NCBI GenBank assembly: GCA_046045965.1
Contig: JBJOKS010000020.1
Span: forward strand, 50,076-114,075
DNA length: 64,000 nucleotides
Direction: 5' to 3'
Source: Cyanobacteriota bacterium
Lineage (GTDB): Bacteria > Cyanobacteriota > Cyanobacteriia > Cyanobacteriales > Nostocaceae
Part shown: one piece after another, positions 20,719 through 29,769 of the stretch
Position numbering within the stretch: the first letter of the stretch is position 1
Layout: every line of letters starts with the position of its first letter
Notes under the pieces: generated by a model
Told to the model about the DNA's origin: nothing
The model's database searches: none
The model's input: only the letters and a program-made list of their open reading frames with translations
Made by a program: the position numbers and the translations under genes

Positions 20719-23199
20719 CTAACTCACACCCACAGGTTTTTTACTGTAATATTCATTTTCCGCATACACACTAATTACAGTATCACCAACCACAAAAAAT
20801 GTACCTTCCTGCTCAGATTTAGAAAACTGCAAATCAGGATATTTACTACCAATTTCATCCGCAGTCATCGCTTGAGAATTCATTTCATCAGGTAACAAAC
20901 CCGTCGCACCAATATAAAATACTAAAGGTGAAATTTGCTCTCGATAAACCTTTTCAGTGTAACTCTCTAACTTCTGTTTTGCTGTTGTCATCGCGTTGAT
21001 AATTTCCTGTTTATCCACAGGTGTACCCGCGTGTTTTGCTTGTAATAATAAAGCTAAACTTCCAGCACCTACCAAGTTTAAAATTTCCCCAACTTTACCC
21101 GTTGTTTCTATTCCCAGAAAATCATCAAAAATCCCTTTCATCAAATCATCTGCTTTTGTAACTTTACTTCTGGAAGATAAAGCTTTAGCACGAAAAGCAA
21201 TATTTTCCTGAAACGCTAATTCAAAAGTAGGTTTCTTGAAAATTTCTCCAGTTTCTGAATCGTAAACTTCATATCTTTTATCAAGAAACTGATTAGCAGA
21301 AGACAATTTACTCAAATTGAGAACTTCTAAACTGCCAATATCAATTTTATAACTCACCCTTGAATCAACAGTACCATCAGATAAAGCCACTTTCAAATCT
21401 GTATACTCGTTAGTGGTGGGAAAATTCAGATACAGACTTTTAGAAAGATAATGTTTTTTCAGTTCTTCAATTTGCGCGGGAATAAATACATCTGACTCTT
21501 CCCGTAAATGAGCAGATAAAATACTCGTTAAAGCCTTAATTTCTGCTAGTTGCTTAAACAAACCTTCCACACTGCCATAATTACCTTCAAAACTCACCAA
21601 AGGTAAATCAGCTAATTGCAGTGTATATTCTTTTTGAAAATCAAATTCTTCCCCATCAATAACCCCTACTGCTTGTAATTCATCAAAGGCTTTTTTACTG
21701 CTGATTTTCACTTTTAAAGCCTTAACATTAATTTCTCCATCACTGACAATGGTATAATTATTAAAAGTCGTTAAATCATTTAATAACACACCTGCAACTT
21801 CAGTAATAGGGGTTTTATCTTCCGCTTTTACCAACTTTACTTTTTGGGTAATCAGCATATTAATAGTCGCGGTATTGCGGTTAATATCAAAACTCCCCAT
21901 CTGCACATAATCACCAGGTTCAATATATTCTATTTCTAACCAAGGTTTGATTAATTCCCCATTTTCTCCCCGCGTACCATTAACCCGCTTAATACCCTTT
22001 CTCTGGTAAGTTGCTTTCAGATGTTTGAGGTTAATAATGATATGTTCTCGATGTTTGGATAGAATATCAATCAATGCCAAAACTGAAATTTTATCATTAA
22101 CTTTGACATGATCTAAAATTTCATGTTCAGCTAAAACATGAGGATAAAAGATGGCAATTTCTAAATCTTTGGTAAAATCAGCAATGTCTTCATTTGTTAA
22201 AGCTTTTGCGTGTCTTGTGGTTAAGGTTGCATTGAAGGTACTCGCAAGCGCATATTTCGCAGTATTCAAATTTCCATCTGCTAAATTTGCTTTCGCAAAC
22301 AGATAAACTGAAATATCATTTTGAACAACAGGAACATCTGTTAATTGTTCATAAGCTGCTTTGGTAATTTGCTTATATTTATAGATATATCCCTCATCTT
22401 CTGGTTTCAAACCAAAAACTTTTAAAGTTTGATTTGTGCCATTAATTTTTTGAGCAGTGGGAGAAAAGAAAACTTGATAACTGTAGTCACTAGCTAAGGG
22501 TTCTTCAATAACTATTCCCGTTGCTTCTTTCAACACATTTCCGGTGTTATACAAAGCATCATAAACTTCCTTAATATTGCCAGCTTGGATACAAACACCA
22601 GAAACAGAATTAGCAATTTTCGCCAAAAACTTAAAATCAGAAGAGAGAGAATAAGCAATAGTGTTAACAAAAACTTCCTTGTTTTTCAAATCATTACAAA
22701 TTCCCTCTATTGCTTTAGATTCAGAATTAAAACTGCTATCATTAGCATAGCCGTCACTGTGTAAAGTTATGGCTGTTAATTCATTAGGACGAATCAATTC
22801 ATTAGCTAATTTTAAAGATTGAGAAATACAAGTTGCACAAGTAGCACGAATAGCTTTAATATCAGCAATGTAATCTGAATCTGGCTGCATGACCTCTTGA
22901 ATAGGTACACGCTGAAAATGACAAGTTAAATCACCTTTAGAAGAATAAGAAATCAGCGTGACAACTAATTCTGAGTTGCTGTATTCATCCAGCGTCAAAA
23001 GCTTGATTAAGGTTTCTTTTAAAGCCTCAATATCATAATACATTGAACCGGAACGATCAATGATCATGATACTATGGGCAATCATTTTTTTAGGAATCGC
23101 ATCTGGTTTAATTTCCAGTTTTATTTTTTCAGTTAAATAGAAAGCTTTTTCCTTACCTGCGAGATTATAAACAGCAAACTTGGTTTTTTGACTTGTCAT
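20719..23199 (-). CDS. Large vWA-domain protein with an unassigned C-terminal region of about 600 aa
   Basis: N-terminal MIDAS motif DRSGS, T in CATC, HSDG. The rest is not recognised. Confidence 0.85.
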   Translation of the reverse strand: MTSQKTKFAVYNLAGKEKAFYLTEKIKLEIKPDAIPKKMIAHSIMIIDRSGSMYYDIEALKETLIKLLTLDEYSNSELVVTLISYSSKGDLTCHFQRVPIQEVMQPDSDYIADIKAIRATCATCISQSLKLANELIRPNELTAITLHSDGYANDSSFNSESKAIEGICNDLKNKEVFVNTIAYSLSSDFKFLAKIANSVSGVCIQAGNIKEVYDALYNTGNVLKEATGIVIEEPLASDYSYQVFFSPTAQKINGTNQTLKVFGLKPEDEGYIYKYKQITKAAYEQLTDVPVVQNDISVYLFAKANLADGNLNTAKYALASTFNATLTTRHAKALTNEDIADFTKDLEIAIFYPHVLAEHEILDHVKVNDKISVLALIDILSKHREHIIINLKHLKATYQRKGIKRVNGTRGENGELIKPWLEIEYIEPGDYVQMGSFDINRNTATINMLITQKVKLVKAEDKTPITEVAGVLLNDLTTFNNYTIVSDGEINVKALKVKISSKKAFDELQAVGVIDGEEFDFQKEYTLQLADLPLVSFEGNYGSVEGLFKQLAEIKALTSILSAHLREESDVFIPAQIEELKKHYLSKSLYLNFPTTNEYTDLKVALSDGTVDSRVSYKIDIGSLEVLNLSKLSSANQFLDKRYEVYDSETGEIFKKPTFELAFQENIAFRAKALSSRSKVTKADDLMKGIFDDFLGIETTGKVGEILNLVGAGSLALLLQAKHAGTPVDKQEIINAMTTAKQKLESYTEKVYREQISPLVFYIGATGLLPDEMNSQAMTADEIGSKYPDLQFSKSEQEGTFFVVGDTVISVYAENEYYSKKPVGVS

Positions 23200-23332
23200 A
23201 ATTTTGCCGATGGTAATTTTACAAGGAATCTTATCCAGGATAAATCAATTTATACCTGATTGGGGTGATGTTGTAATATGTTGTAAAGACTATGATGTAT
23301 ACTGAGAAAACTTTTGATTTTCTCTACGTTAA

Positions 23333-23362
23333 TATAGTACATGAATACTATAGAAATGTCAA
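23333..23362 (-). promoter_or_regulatory. Sigma70 promoter TTGACA-N17-TACTAT for the vWA gene, overlapped by a LexA-like palindrome
   Basis: Minus strand: -35 at 23362-23357, -10 at 23339-23334. Palindrome TATAGTA-catgaa-TACTATA (23333-23352) has a core one mismatch from RGTAC-NNN-DGTWCB. Confidence 0.65.
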
Positions 23363-23497
23363 GGGAAGGGGAAAAAGCTTCATATTGCTTAATTTTTAGG
23401 TTGCAAGCAGAGTTAGAGAGGTTTTACTAAACATCTCTACATTTTGTTGATGATTGTGCCAAAATAAACATAATGATTCTTTAGGTATTTGTAACCT

Positions 23498-24898
23498 ATG
23501 GTTTGGCAAAAGGGTGATAAATTACAGAGTGGGAGATACGTGATAGAAAAAGTCCTGGGAGAAGGTGGTTTCGGGATTACATATCAAGCACAGCATACAC
23601 TTTTAAAACAGTGGGTAGTAATAAAAACCCCCAATGAAAGCCTAAAAACTGATTCAGAATATCCCAATTATGTGAAAAGATTTATTCAAGAAGGACGGAA
23701 ATTAGCCAAACTTTCTCAACAACCACACCCGAATATTGTCCGTGTAACTGAATTATTTGAACAAGGTAAAACATATTGTTTAGTCATGGACTTTGTACCT
23801 GGTGAAAGTTTATTTAATTTAGTCCAAAAACAGGGAGCATTACCAGAATTAAAAGCCGTAGAATATATCAAACAAATTGGAGAGGCTTTAATTTTTGTCC
23901 ATCAACAGGGTTTAGTACATCGGGATGCACACCCTGGTAATATTATGGTACAAAAAAATGGTAAAGCTGTATTAATTGATTTTGGAATTGCTGGGGAAAT
24001 AATGCCCCAAGATGGATATTTTACTTCTCATCATCCTGCTAATATTGCTTTTGCACCTTATGAACAAATGGGAGGAAATAGACAAATAACGATTGATGTT
24101 TATACTCTTGCTGCTTCTTTATATTATGCGGTTACAGGTAAACGTCCTGAAAGTTCGTTGGATAGAAAGTTATATAATAAGCCTTTAATTCCTCCTAATA
24201 AATTTGTTGTTAGTATTAGTGATGAGTTGAATCTGGCAATACTTAAAGGTATGAATCTAGAGGCGGAATATCGTCCGCGATCTATGAGAGAATGGTTAAA
24301 GTTATTGCCTGATTTTAGTAATCAAGTTTATCAGGGTAGTCAGAAAATAGAACATCAAAATATTAGGACTGAGAAAACTTTTCCTGTGATTGTAGGTGTT
24401 AATAATTCTCAACAACAAAATAAAAAAATCAATAATATTCCTTGGTTTTGGTTAGGAATAATGAGTTTCTATTATGCAATAATGGGTTTTTTAGCAGCAA
24501 TTTCTTCAGTTTGGATTCTTACTTCTACCATGCCTCCGGCTATGAATTCAGGGTTGGTTACGGCTTTGGGTACTGATGCTGTCATTTTCCTTGCAGCTTT
24601 TACTTTGGCTTTTCCTTGGGATGGATCTCCGGCTTTAGTTTTGGCCTTCGCTGGAGTTATATTATTATCCTGTCTTGAGATAGTCTTAAAATACAGTTGG
24701 GTCACTTTTGTTATTTATATTGGGTTTTGTATTTTGCATTTACTCGTCTTTTGTGCTTATTATTTTACAAATAAACAGTTAAAAAAATCTTGCAGAAAAT
24801 GGCATCAATTTTTAATCATACTTGGCACATCTTATTCAAGTATATTTTTAGGCTGGTTATTTTATCAAATCTTCCCAGTATTCACACGATTATCTTGA
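23498..24898 (+). CDS. Hanks-type Ser/Thr protein kinase with C-terminal membrane helices
   Basis: LGEGGFG, VVIK, HRDAHPGN, DFG, APYE; 4-5 hydrophobic helices at the C-terminus. Confidence 0.92.
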   Translation: MVWQKGDKLQSGRYVIEKVLGEGGFGITYQAQHTLLKQWVVIKTPNESLKTDSEYPNYVKRFIQEGRKLAKLSQQPHPNIVRVTELFEQGKTYCLVMDFVPGESLFNLVQKQGALPELKAVEYIKQIGEALIFVHQQGLVHRDAHPGNIMVQKNGKAVLIDFGIAGEIMPQDGYFTSHHPANIAFAPYEQMGGNRQITIDVYTLAASLYYAVTGKRPESSLDRKLYNKPLIPPNKFVVSISDELNLAILKGMNLEAEYRPRSMREWLKLLPDFSNQVYQGSQKIEHQNIRTEKTFPVIVGVNNSQQQNKKINNIPWFWLGIMSFYYAIMGFLAAISSVWILTSTMPPAMNSGLVTALGTDAVIFLAAFTLAFPWDGSPALVLAFAGVILLSCLEIVLKYSWVTFVIYIGFCILHLLVFCAYYFTNKQLKKSCRKWHQFLIILGTSYSSIFLGWLFYQIFPVFTRLS

Positions 24899-24938
24899 TA
24901 TTATAAAATAATGAGATAATTTTTCTAGGAGTAGGCTA

Positions 24939-25736
24939 ATGTTTCTTTACCACGGCACAAGTTTTGAATATATTGAGAGAATTCGGAGTCAAGGAGTTTT
25001 ACCCTCCAGAGAAACCAAAAAAAGTAATTGGAATACTCCTGAATCAAACAATTATGAATCAAGAAACGACGCTGTTTATTTAAGTGATGCTTATTCACCA
25101 TATTATGCCTTTCATCAATATTATAAGCGTTTACTAGAATACTATAAGCGTTCAATAGAATTGAATTCCTTAAACTTGAAGCAAACCTCAAACAAATTGA
25201 CTACAGTAAGCTCGAAATTAGCTTTAATTGAAATAGATACTAATTCTTTAGAACAAGATAAGTTCTACCCTGATGAAGACTTTTTAGTAAAGTCAAACCT
25301 GCCTTGTAAAATAGGAGAAACGGAAGAAGAACGCATAGAGTATTTTAAAGAAAATTTAGAATACTATCAAGATTATTTGAAAGATAGCCTGGAAAAAATG
25401 GGCAACTGTTGTTATTTTGGTGTAATTCCTCCAACAGCGATTTCTCGCATTACAAAATGGTGCTGTAAAGACGTTGATATTCTCAAGACATTGAGTTATG
25501 ATTATGTAGACCATAAAGGCGTTTTTCCCTTTTATGATCAGGAAGATAGTCAAATTTTACGCTTGCTAACTCAATGTTTTGCAAAGCGAGAATTTCAACT
25601 AGATGAACTACTATTTTTATGTAAAACAAAGTTTAAACTGGATGATAATTTTGATTATGATAAAACTAAAGATATCCTCATCCAAGAAATTGAAAAAATT
25701 GAAATTGTCTGTGATAAAGACTGTGATACAATATAA
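24939..25736 (+). CDS. Putative ADP-ribosyltransferase-fold protein (Tpt1/KptA- or PARP-like YHGT motif)
   Basis: LYHGTS...I...GVLP...AVYLS...IEID...GVIPP pattern. Confidence 0.55.
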   Translation: MFLYHGTSFEYIERIRSQGVLPSRETKKSNWNTPESNNYESRNDAVYLSDAYSPYYAFHQYYKRLLEYYKRSIELNSLNLKQTSNKLTTVSSKLALIEIDTNSLEQDKFYPDEDFLVKSNLPCKIGETEEERIEYFKENLEYYQDYLKDSLEKMGNCCYFGVIPPTAISRITKWCCKDVDILKTLSYDYVDHKGVFPFYDQEDSQILRLLTQCFAKREFQLDELLFLCKTKFKLDDNFDYDKTKDILIQEIEKIEIVCDKDCDTI

Positions 25737-25774
25737 TCGAGTTCCAAAAATCTAACTACATCAACATAAAAAAT

Positions 25775-26056
25775 ATGAACAACCTATCAATTCCAGCGCA
25801 AACATTACAGGAAGCATGGGAAAAAGGTGTACAGCAAGGTTTAACCCAAGTTGCTGTAAATATGTTACGAGAAGGTATTGATTTAGATTTTATAGTTAAA
25901 CTAACTGGACTGCCATTAGAAGTAGTTAAAAATTTACAAGCTGTTGATATAGATGATGATAAAATAATAGTTAAAGAATTTTTAGAAATCAGTGAATCAT
26001 CATTAAATAAAGTGTGGCTTAACCCAGAGGAAGACGAAGCATGGAAGGATCTATAG
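25775..26056 (+). CDS. Putative antitoxin (Rpn-type C-terminal HTH fused to an SESSL..W..PEEDEAW tail)
   Basis: EKGVQQG...VAVNMLREGIDLDFIVKLTGL followed by an acidic tail; overlaps the PemK gene. Confidence 0.65.
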   Translation: MNNLSIPAQTLQEAWEKGVQQGLTQVAVNMLREGIDLDFIVKLTGLPLEVVKNLQAVDIDDDKIIVKEFLEISESSLNKVWLNPEEDEAWKDL

Positions 26057-26439
26057 AACATTTAATTAAAGGTGATGTGATATCTGTTCCTTTTCCTTTC
26101 TCTGATACATCTACCAGAAAAAAACGACCAGCTTTAGTGATAGCAGAATCAGACAATAATAATATTATAATTTGTCCTATTACCAGTAAACCAGGACGAG
26201 ATTATGAAATTAAACTAGAAGATCAAGATTTTAGAGTTGGCAAATTAACTTTAAGTCCTTGCTATATTCGCCCTAATATTATTGCGACGGTTGATAAAAG
26301 TAACGTAATTCGGTACATTGGAAAACTCAAAGACGATAAACTTCATCAAGTGATTAGTACAATTATTGAAATTATAGAAAAGCCATCATCACCACCACCA
26401 GCATCAAAAGCTTGGGAAAGAAGCAAAAAACCAAAATGA
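26041..26439 (+). CDS. PemK/MazF-family toxin
   Basis: KGDVISVPFPFSD...KKRPALVI...CPITS motifs. Confidence 0.9.
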   Translation: MEGSIEHLIKGDVISVPFPFSDTSTRKKRPALVIAESDNNNIIICPITSKPGRDYEIKLEDQDFRVGKLTLSPCYIRPNIIATVDKSNVIRYIGKLKDDKLHQVISTIIEIIEKPSSPPPASKAWERSKKPK

Positions 26440-26580
26440 GAATATCTATATTAAATTATCTGCGTTTATCTGCGTTCATCCGCGTTTAATTTTGCAAATT
26501 CTAATTTATTCAGTACAAACAAACTATCCAAATATCAAGTTAAGATCAAGAAGACTTTACACTTCTTAACTCTGAGGGAT

Positions 26581-28089
26581 ATGGCGCGAGATTTACGGGT
26601 ATTTATTAAAATTCTGGAAGAAAGAGGACAATTAAAGCGAATTTCCGCTTTAGTTGACCCAGATATGGAAATTGCGGAGATTTCCAACCGGATGCTGCAA
26701 AAAGGTGGACCAGGGTTATTGTTTGAAAACGTCAAAGGTGCATCCTTCCCCGTTGCTGTCAATTTAATGGGGACGGTAGAAAGGATATGCTGGGCAATGA
26801 ATATGGAACACCCAGAGGAGTTGGAAACTTTGGGTAAGAAGTTAAGTATGCTTCAGCAACCCAAACCCCCGAAAAAGATTTCTCAAGCGATAGATTTTGG
26901 TAAGGTGCTGTTTGATGTTGTCAAAGCGAAACCGGGAAGGGATTTTTTCCCCGCTTGTCAACAGGTAGTGATAGAGGGTGATGATTTAGATTTAAATAAG
27001 TTGCCTTTAATACGTCCTTATCCGGGAGATGCCGGAAAGATTATCACGCTAGGATTGGTAATTACAAAGGATTGTGAAACAGGTACGCCAAATGTGGGTG
27101 TGTATCGTCTACAACTGCAATCTAAAAATACCATGACCGTACATTGGTTATCGGTGCGGGGGGGTGCGAGACATTTACGCAAAGCGGCAGAACGTGGTAA
27201 GAAGTTAGAGGTGGCGATCGCTCTTGGTGTCGATCCTTTAATCATTATGGCAGCAGCCACACCCATTCCCGTAGATTTATCAGAATGGTTATTTGCGGGA
27301 CTTTATGGCGGTTCTGGGGTACAATTAGCCAAGTGTAAAACGGTAGATTTGGAAGTACCCGCCGATTCAGAATTTGTTTTAGAAGGAACTATCACCCCAG
27401 GGGAAGTTTTACCCGATGGTCCCTTTGGCGATCACATGGGATATTATGGCGGTGTGGAAGATTCGCCGTTAATTCGCTTCCAGTGCATGACTCACCGCAA
27501 AGATCCAATTTATCTTACCACCTTTAGCGGTCGTCCACCCAAAGAAGAAGCAATGATGGCGATCGCCCTTAACCGCATCTATACCCCAATTTTACGGCAA
27601 CAAGTATCAGAAATAGTTGACTTCTTCCTACCGATGGAAGCATTAAGTTACAAAGCAGCAATTATTTCTATTGATAAAGCATACCCCGGACAAGCAAGAC
27701 GAGCAGCTTTAGCTTTTTGGAGTGCCTTACCTCAATTCACATATACTAAATTTGTGATTGTTGTTGATAAAGATATCAACATTCGTGATCCGCGTCAAGT
27801 TGTCTGGGCAATTAGTTCCAAAGTTGACCCTTCACGGGATGTATTCATATTACCAAATACCCCCTTTGATACCTTAGATTTTGCAAGTGAAAAACTCGGT
27901 TTAGGGGGGAGAATGGGCATAGATGCAACCACCAAAATGCCCCCAGAAACCGAACATGAATGGGGTGAAACATTGGAATCTGATCCCGATATTGCAGCAA
28001 TGGTAGAAAGACGCTGGCAAGAATACGGTTTAGCAGATTTAAAATTAGGAGAAGTTGACCCCAATTTGTTTGGTTACGATATGAAATAG
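26581..28089 (+). CDS. ubiD: UbiD-family decarboxylase
   Basis: MARDLR, NVGVYR, DGPFGDHMGYY, RPPKEE motifs. Confidence 0.95.
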   Translation: MARDLRVFIKILEERGQLKRISALVDPDMEIAEISNRMLQKGGPGLLFENVKGASFPVAVNLMGTVERICWAMNMEHPEELETLGKKLSMLQQPKPPKKISQAIDFGKVLFDVVKAKPGRDFFPACQQVVIEGDDLDLNKLPLIRPYPGDAGKIITLGLVITKDCETGTPNVGVYRLQLQSKNTMTVHWLSVRGGARHLRKAAERGKKLEVAIALGVDPLIIMAAATPIPVDLSEWLFAGLYGGSGVQLAKCKTVDLEVPADSEFVLEGTITPGEVLPDGPFGDHMGYYGGVEDSPLIRFQCMTHRKDPIYLTTFSGRPPKEEAMMAIALNRIYTPILRQQVSEIVDFFLPMEALSYKAAIISIDKAYPGQARRAALAFWSALPQFTYTKFVIVVDKDINIRDPRQVVWAISSKVDPSRDVFILPNTPFDTLDFASEKLGLGGRMGIDATTKMPPETEHEWGETLESDPDIAAMVERRWQEYGLADLKLGEVDPNLFGYDMK

Positions 28090-28171
28090 GTGATTGGGGA
28101 TTGGTGACTGGGGACTGGGGACTGGGTTATTTACCTCCGTTTCCTCCCCATCTCCCCATCTCCCCATCTCC
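28089..28171. repeat. STRR-type arrays (GGGGACT-like and CCCCATCT)
   Basis: Direct reading between convergent genes. Confidence 0.85.
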
Positions 28172-29164
28172 CTATCTTCTGGATATCATCCTTGCATCCC
28201 AAGTATAGAAACCAATTTGGTTAGGAACTCTAGAAAATCTACCTGTACGATGACCTCTAGATAATTCATTGAGAACCTTATTTTTCACCTCTCTAATTTC
28301 CTGATCATCAAGTTCTCCATAAATGCCATTGACGATTTCATTTACACCGAAAACTCGACCTCGATGTTGTTCTAAGAAAGAGGTGAGAGCATCAATTAAA
28401 AATTGACCCTCAAATTGTTTAAGCATCGGGACATCTGTTGTTTGTGGTGAAACAAAAGACTTCTTCTTTTTATTTTTAGCACGGGAAGATGAACCGTTAT
28501 GATGATTGGGATCTAACAGACTTAAAGCCAGAGTATAACAACCAGGTTCGTTAGGAATAGCAGACCAATAACCCCTTTCTCTACCTTGGGTAAGGGAAGA
28601 TTGAACCCTACCTTTAACGATTTTAAAGATAGTTGACTCTAACTCACCGTAGAGCGATCGCACAATAAAATCTATATGGCAAACAGTACCAGCATATTCG
28701 TGCAGCAGCATTTTTAGAGCTTCCATCCGAGTCAGAGATTGATATTGGGGAAGCATAGGAATTTCAGCCCCCTTAGTGAAATGATCATAACTCTCTGAAG
28801 AGGTATTTCTGGGATGAGAAACTTCTAATTTTGTAGCAACAGAACTTGAGCCATTTGTTTTCCATTTATCTGAGTGAGAAGGTTCTGACTCTAGAGACTC
28901 CAACAAGTCTAAATTAGGCTGCTCATCAGATGATAAAAACAAACGTGAACCTTGTTGATCACCAGCTTCTAATTGTGAAATTGGTTCATGTTGATCAGAA
29001 TAAGACCAAGGAGACAACAAAGCTTCCACATGATCCAACTGCGATCGCGCTTCAATAAATAGCCGTTGGTACTCTTGTGCAAGACCAGCATAATAGTCTC
29101 GTAATTCCAACAATGGACTAATGAATACCTCTGACGGAGGTTGTAATTGTTCTTGGGTGTTCAT
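28172..29164 (-). CDS. Hypothetical protein: N-terminal coiled coil plus two tandem winged-helix-like repeats
   Basis: Two ~80-aa internal repeats, PML..(Y/F)...AL...L....G.V.....IV...YGEL......VK..V...L..G...G..S..PN..G.YT. Confidence 0.7.
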   Translation of the reverse strand: MNTQEQLQPPSEVFISPLLELRDYYAGLAQEYQRLFIEARSQLDHVEALLSPWSYSDQHEPISQLEAGDQQGSRLFLSSDEQPNLDLLESLESEPSHSDKWKTNGSSSVATKLEVSHPRNTSSESYDHFTKGAEIPMLPQYQSLTRMEALKMLLHEYAGTVCHIDFIVRSLYGELESTIFKIVKGRVQSSLTQGRERGYWSAIPNEPGCYTLALSLLDPNHHNGSSSRAKNKKKKSFVSPQTTDVPMLKQFEGQFLIDALTSFLEQHRGRVFGVNEIVNGIYGELDDQEIREVKNKVLNELSRGHRTGRFSRVPNQIGFYTWDARMISRR

Positions 29165-29174
29165 ATTACTTCAA

Positions 29175-29420
29175 TTATTCTAAATCAATGTCGCTTTTGT
29201 AATTCATCGCACGAGGTTTGACTTTTCCTAATTCCTGTGATGATCTTTTCGGAGGTTGAGGAGGACGGCAGCTTTCACAATATAAAGGTCTAGGTCCAAA
29301 AGTTTCCCGTTTAGTTGCCTGATTACATTCTTTACAGACAAAATTAAAAACACGAGTGTGAATCTGTCTTTTATGCGCTCTAACAGTATATTCTCTCACA
29401 TCAATCGTTTTGGTAGCCAT
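29175..29420 (-). CDS. Small Zn-ribbon protein
   Basis: CKEC...CESC; 10-nt gap to the downstream gene suggests an operon. Confidence 0.7.
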   Translation of the reverse strand: MATKTIDVREYTVRAHKRQIHTRVFNFVCKECNQATKRETFGPRPLYCESCRPPQPPKRSSQELGKVKPRAMNYKSDIDLE

Positions 29421-29769
29421 AATTAAGAATTGCCCAGTTCTGTACTCTTAATATAGCTATTCAAGCAAACGAAACTACATCAGTGTGTGTTTTATTGTAA
29501 GTTTTATTCAAATCCTTAAAATCAAGCCCAGCATAGTATAAAAACTTTAATTGTCACGAATAAACAGCGAAGCAATCTTAAATCATGAGATTGTTCCGCT
29601 GTTGATGGTTTCCTGACAATGACCATTCATATTTAACGAACTCTTTTCTACTTTTTCATCCCTACCTAGTGATAATCTGGATAACTTTAGTTTTTAAAGC
29701 ATCCTCCTGATGGATGAAATAAAAGGATGATTTTGTTCATCCTTCGTAATTTATGATTCAGGCTTTTTG

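Noticed and set aside
23498..24898. HRDAHPGN catalytic loop as evidence of a dead kinase
   Set aside because: The catalytic Asp/Asn, VVIK Lys and DFG are intact; His at this position is a variant I recall from other cyanobacterial kinases.
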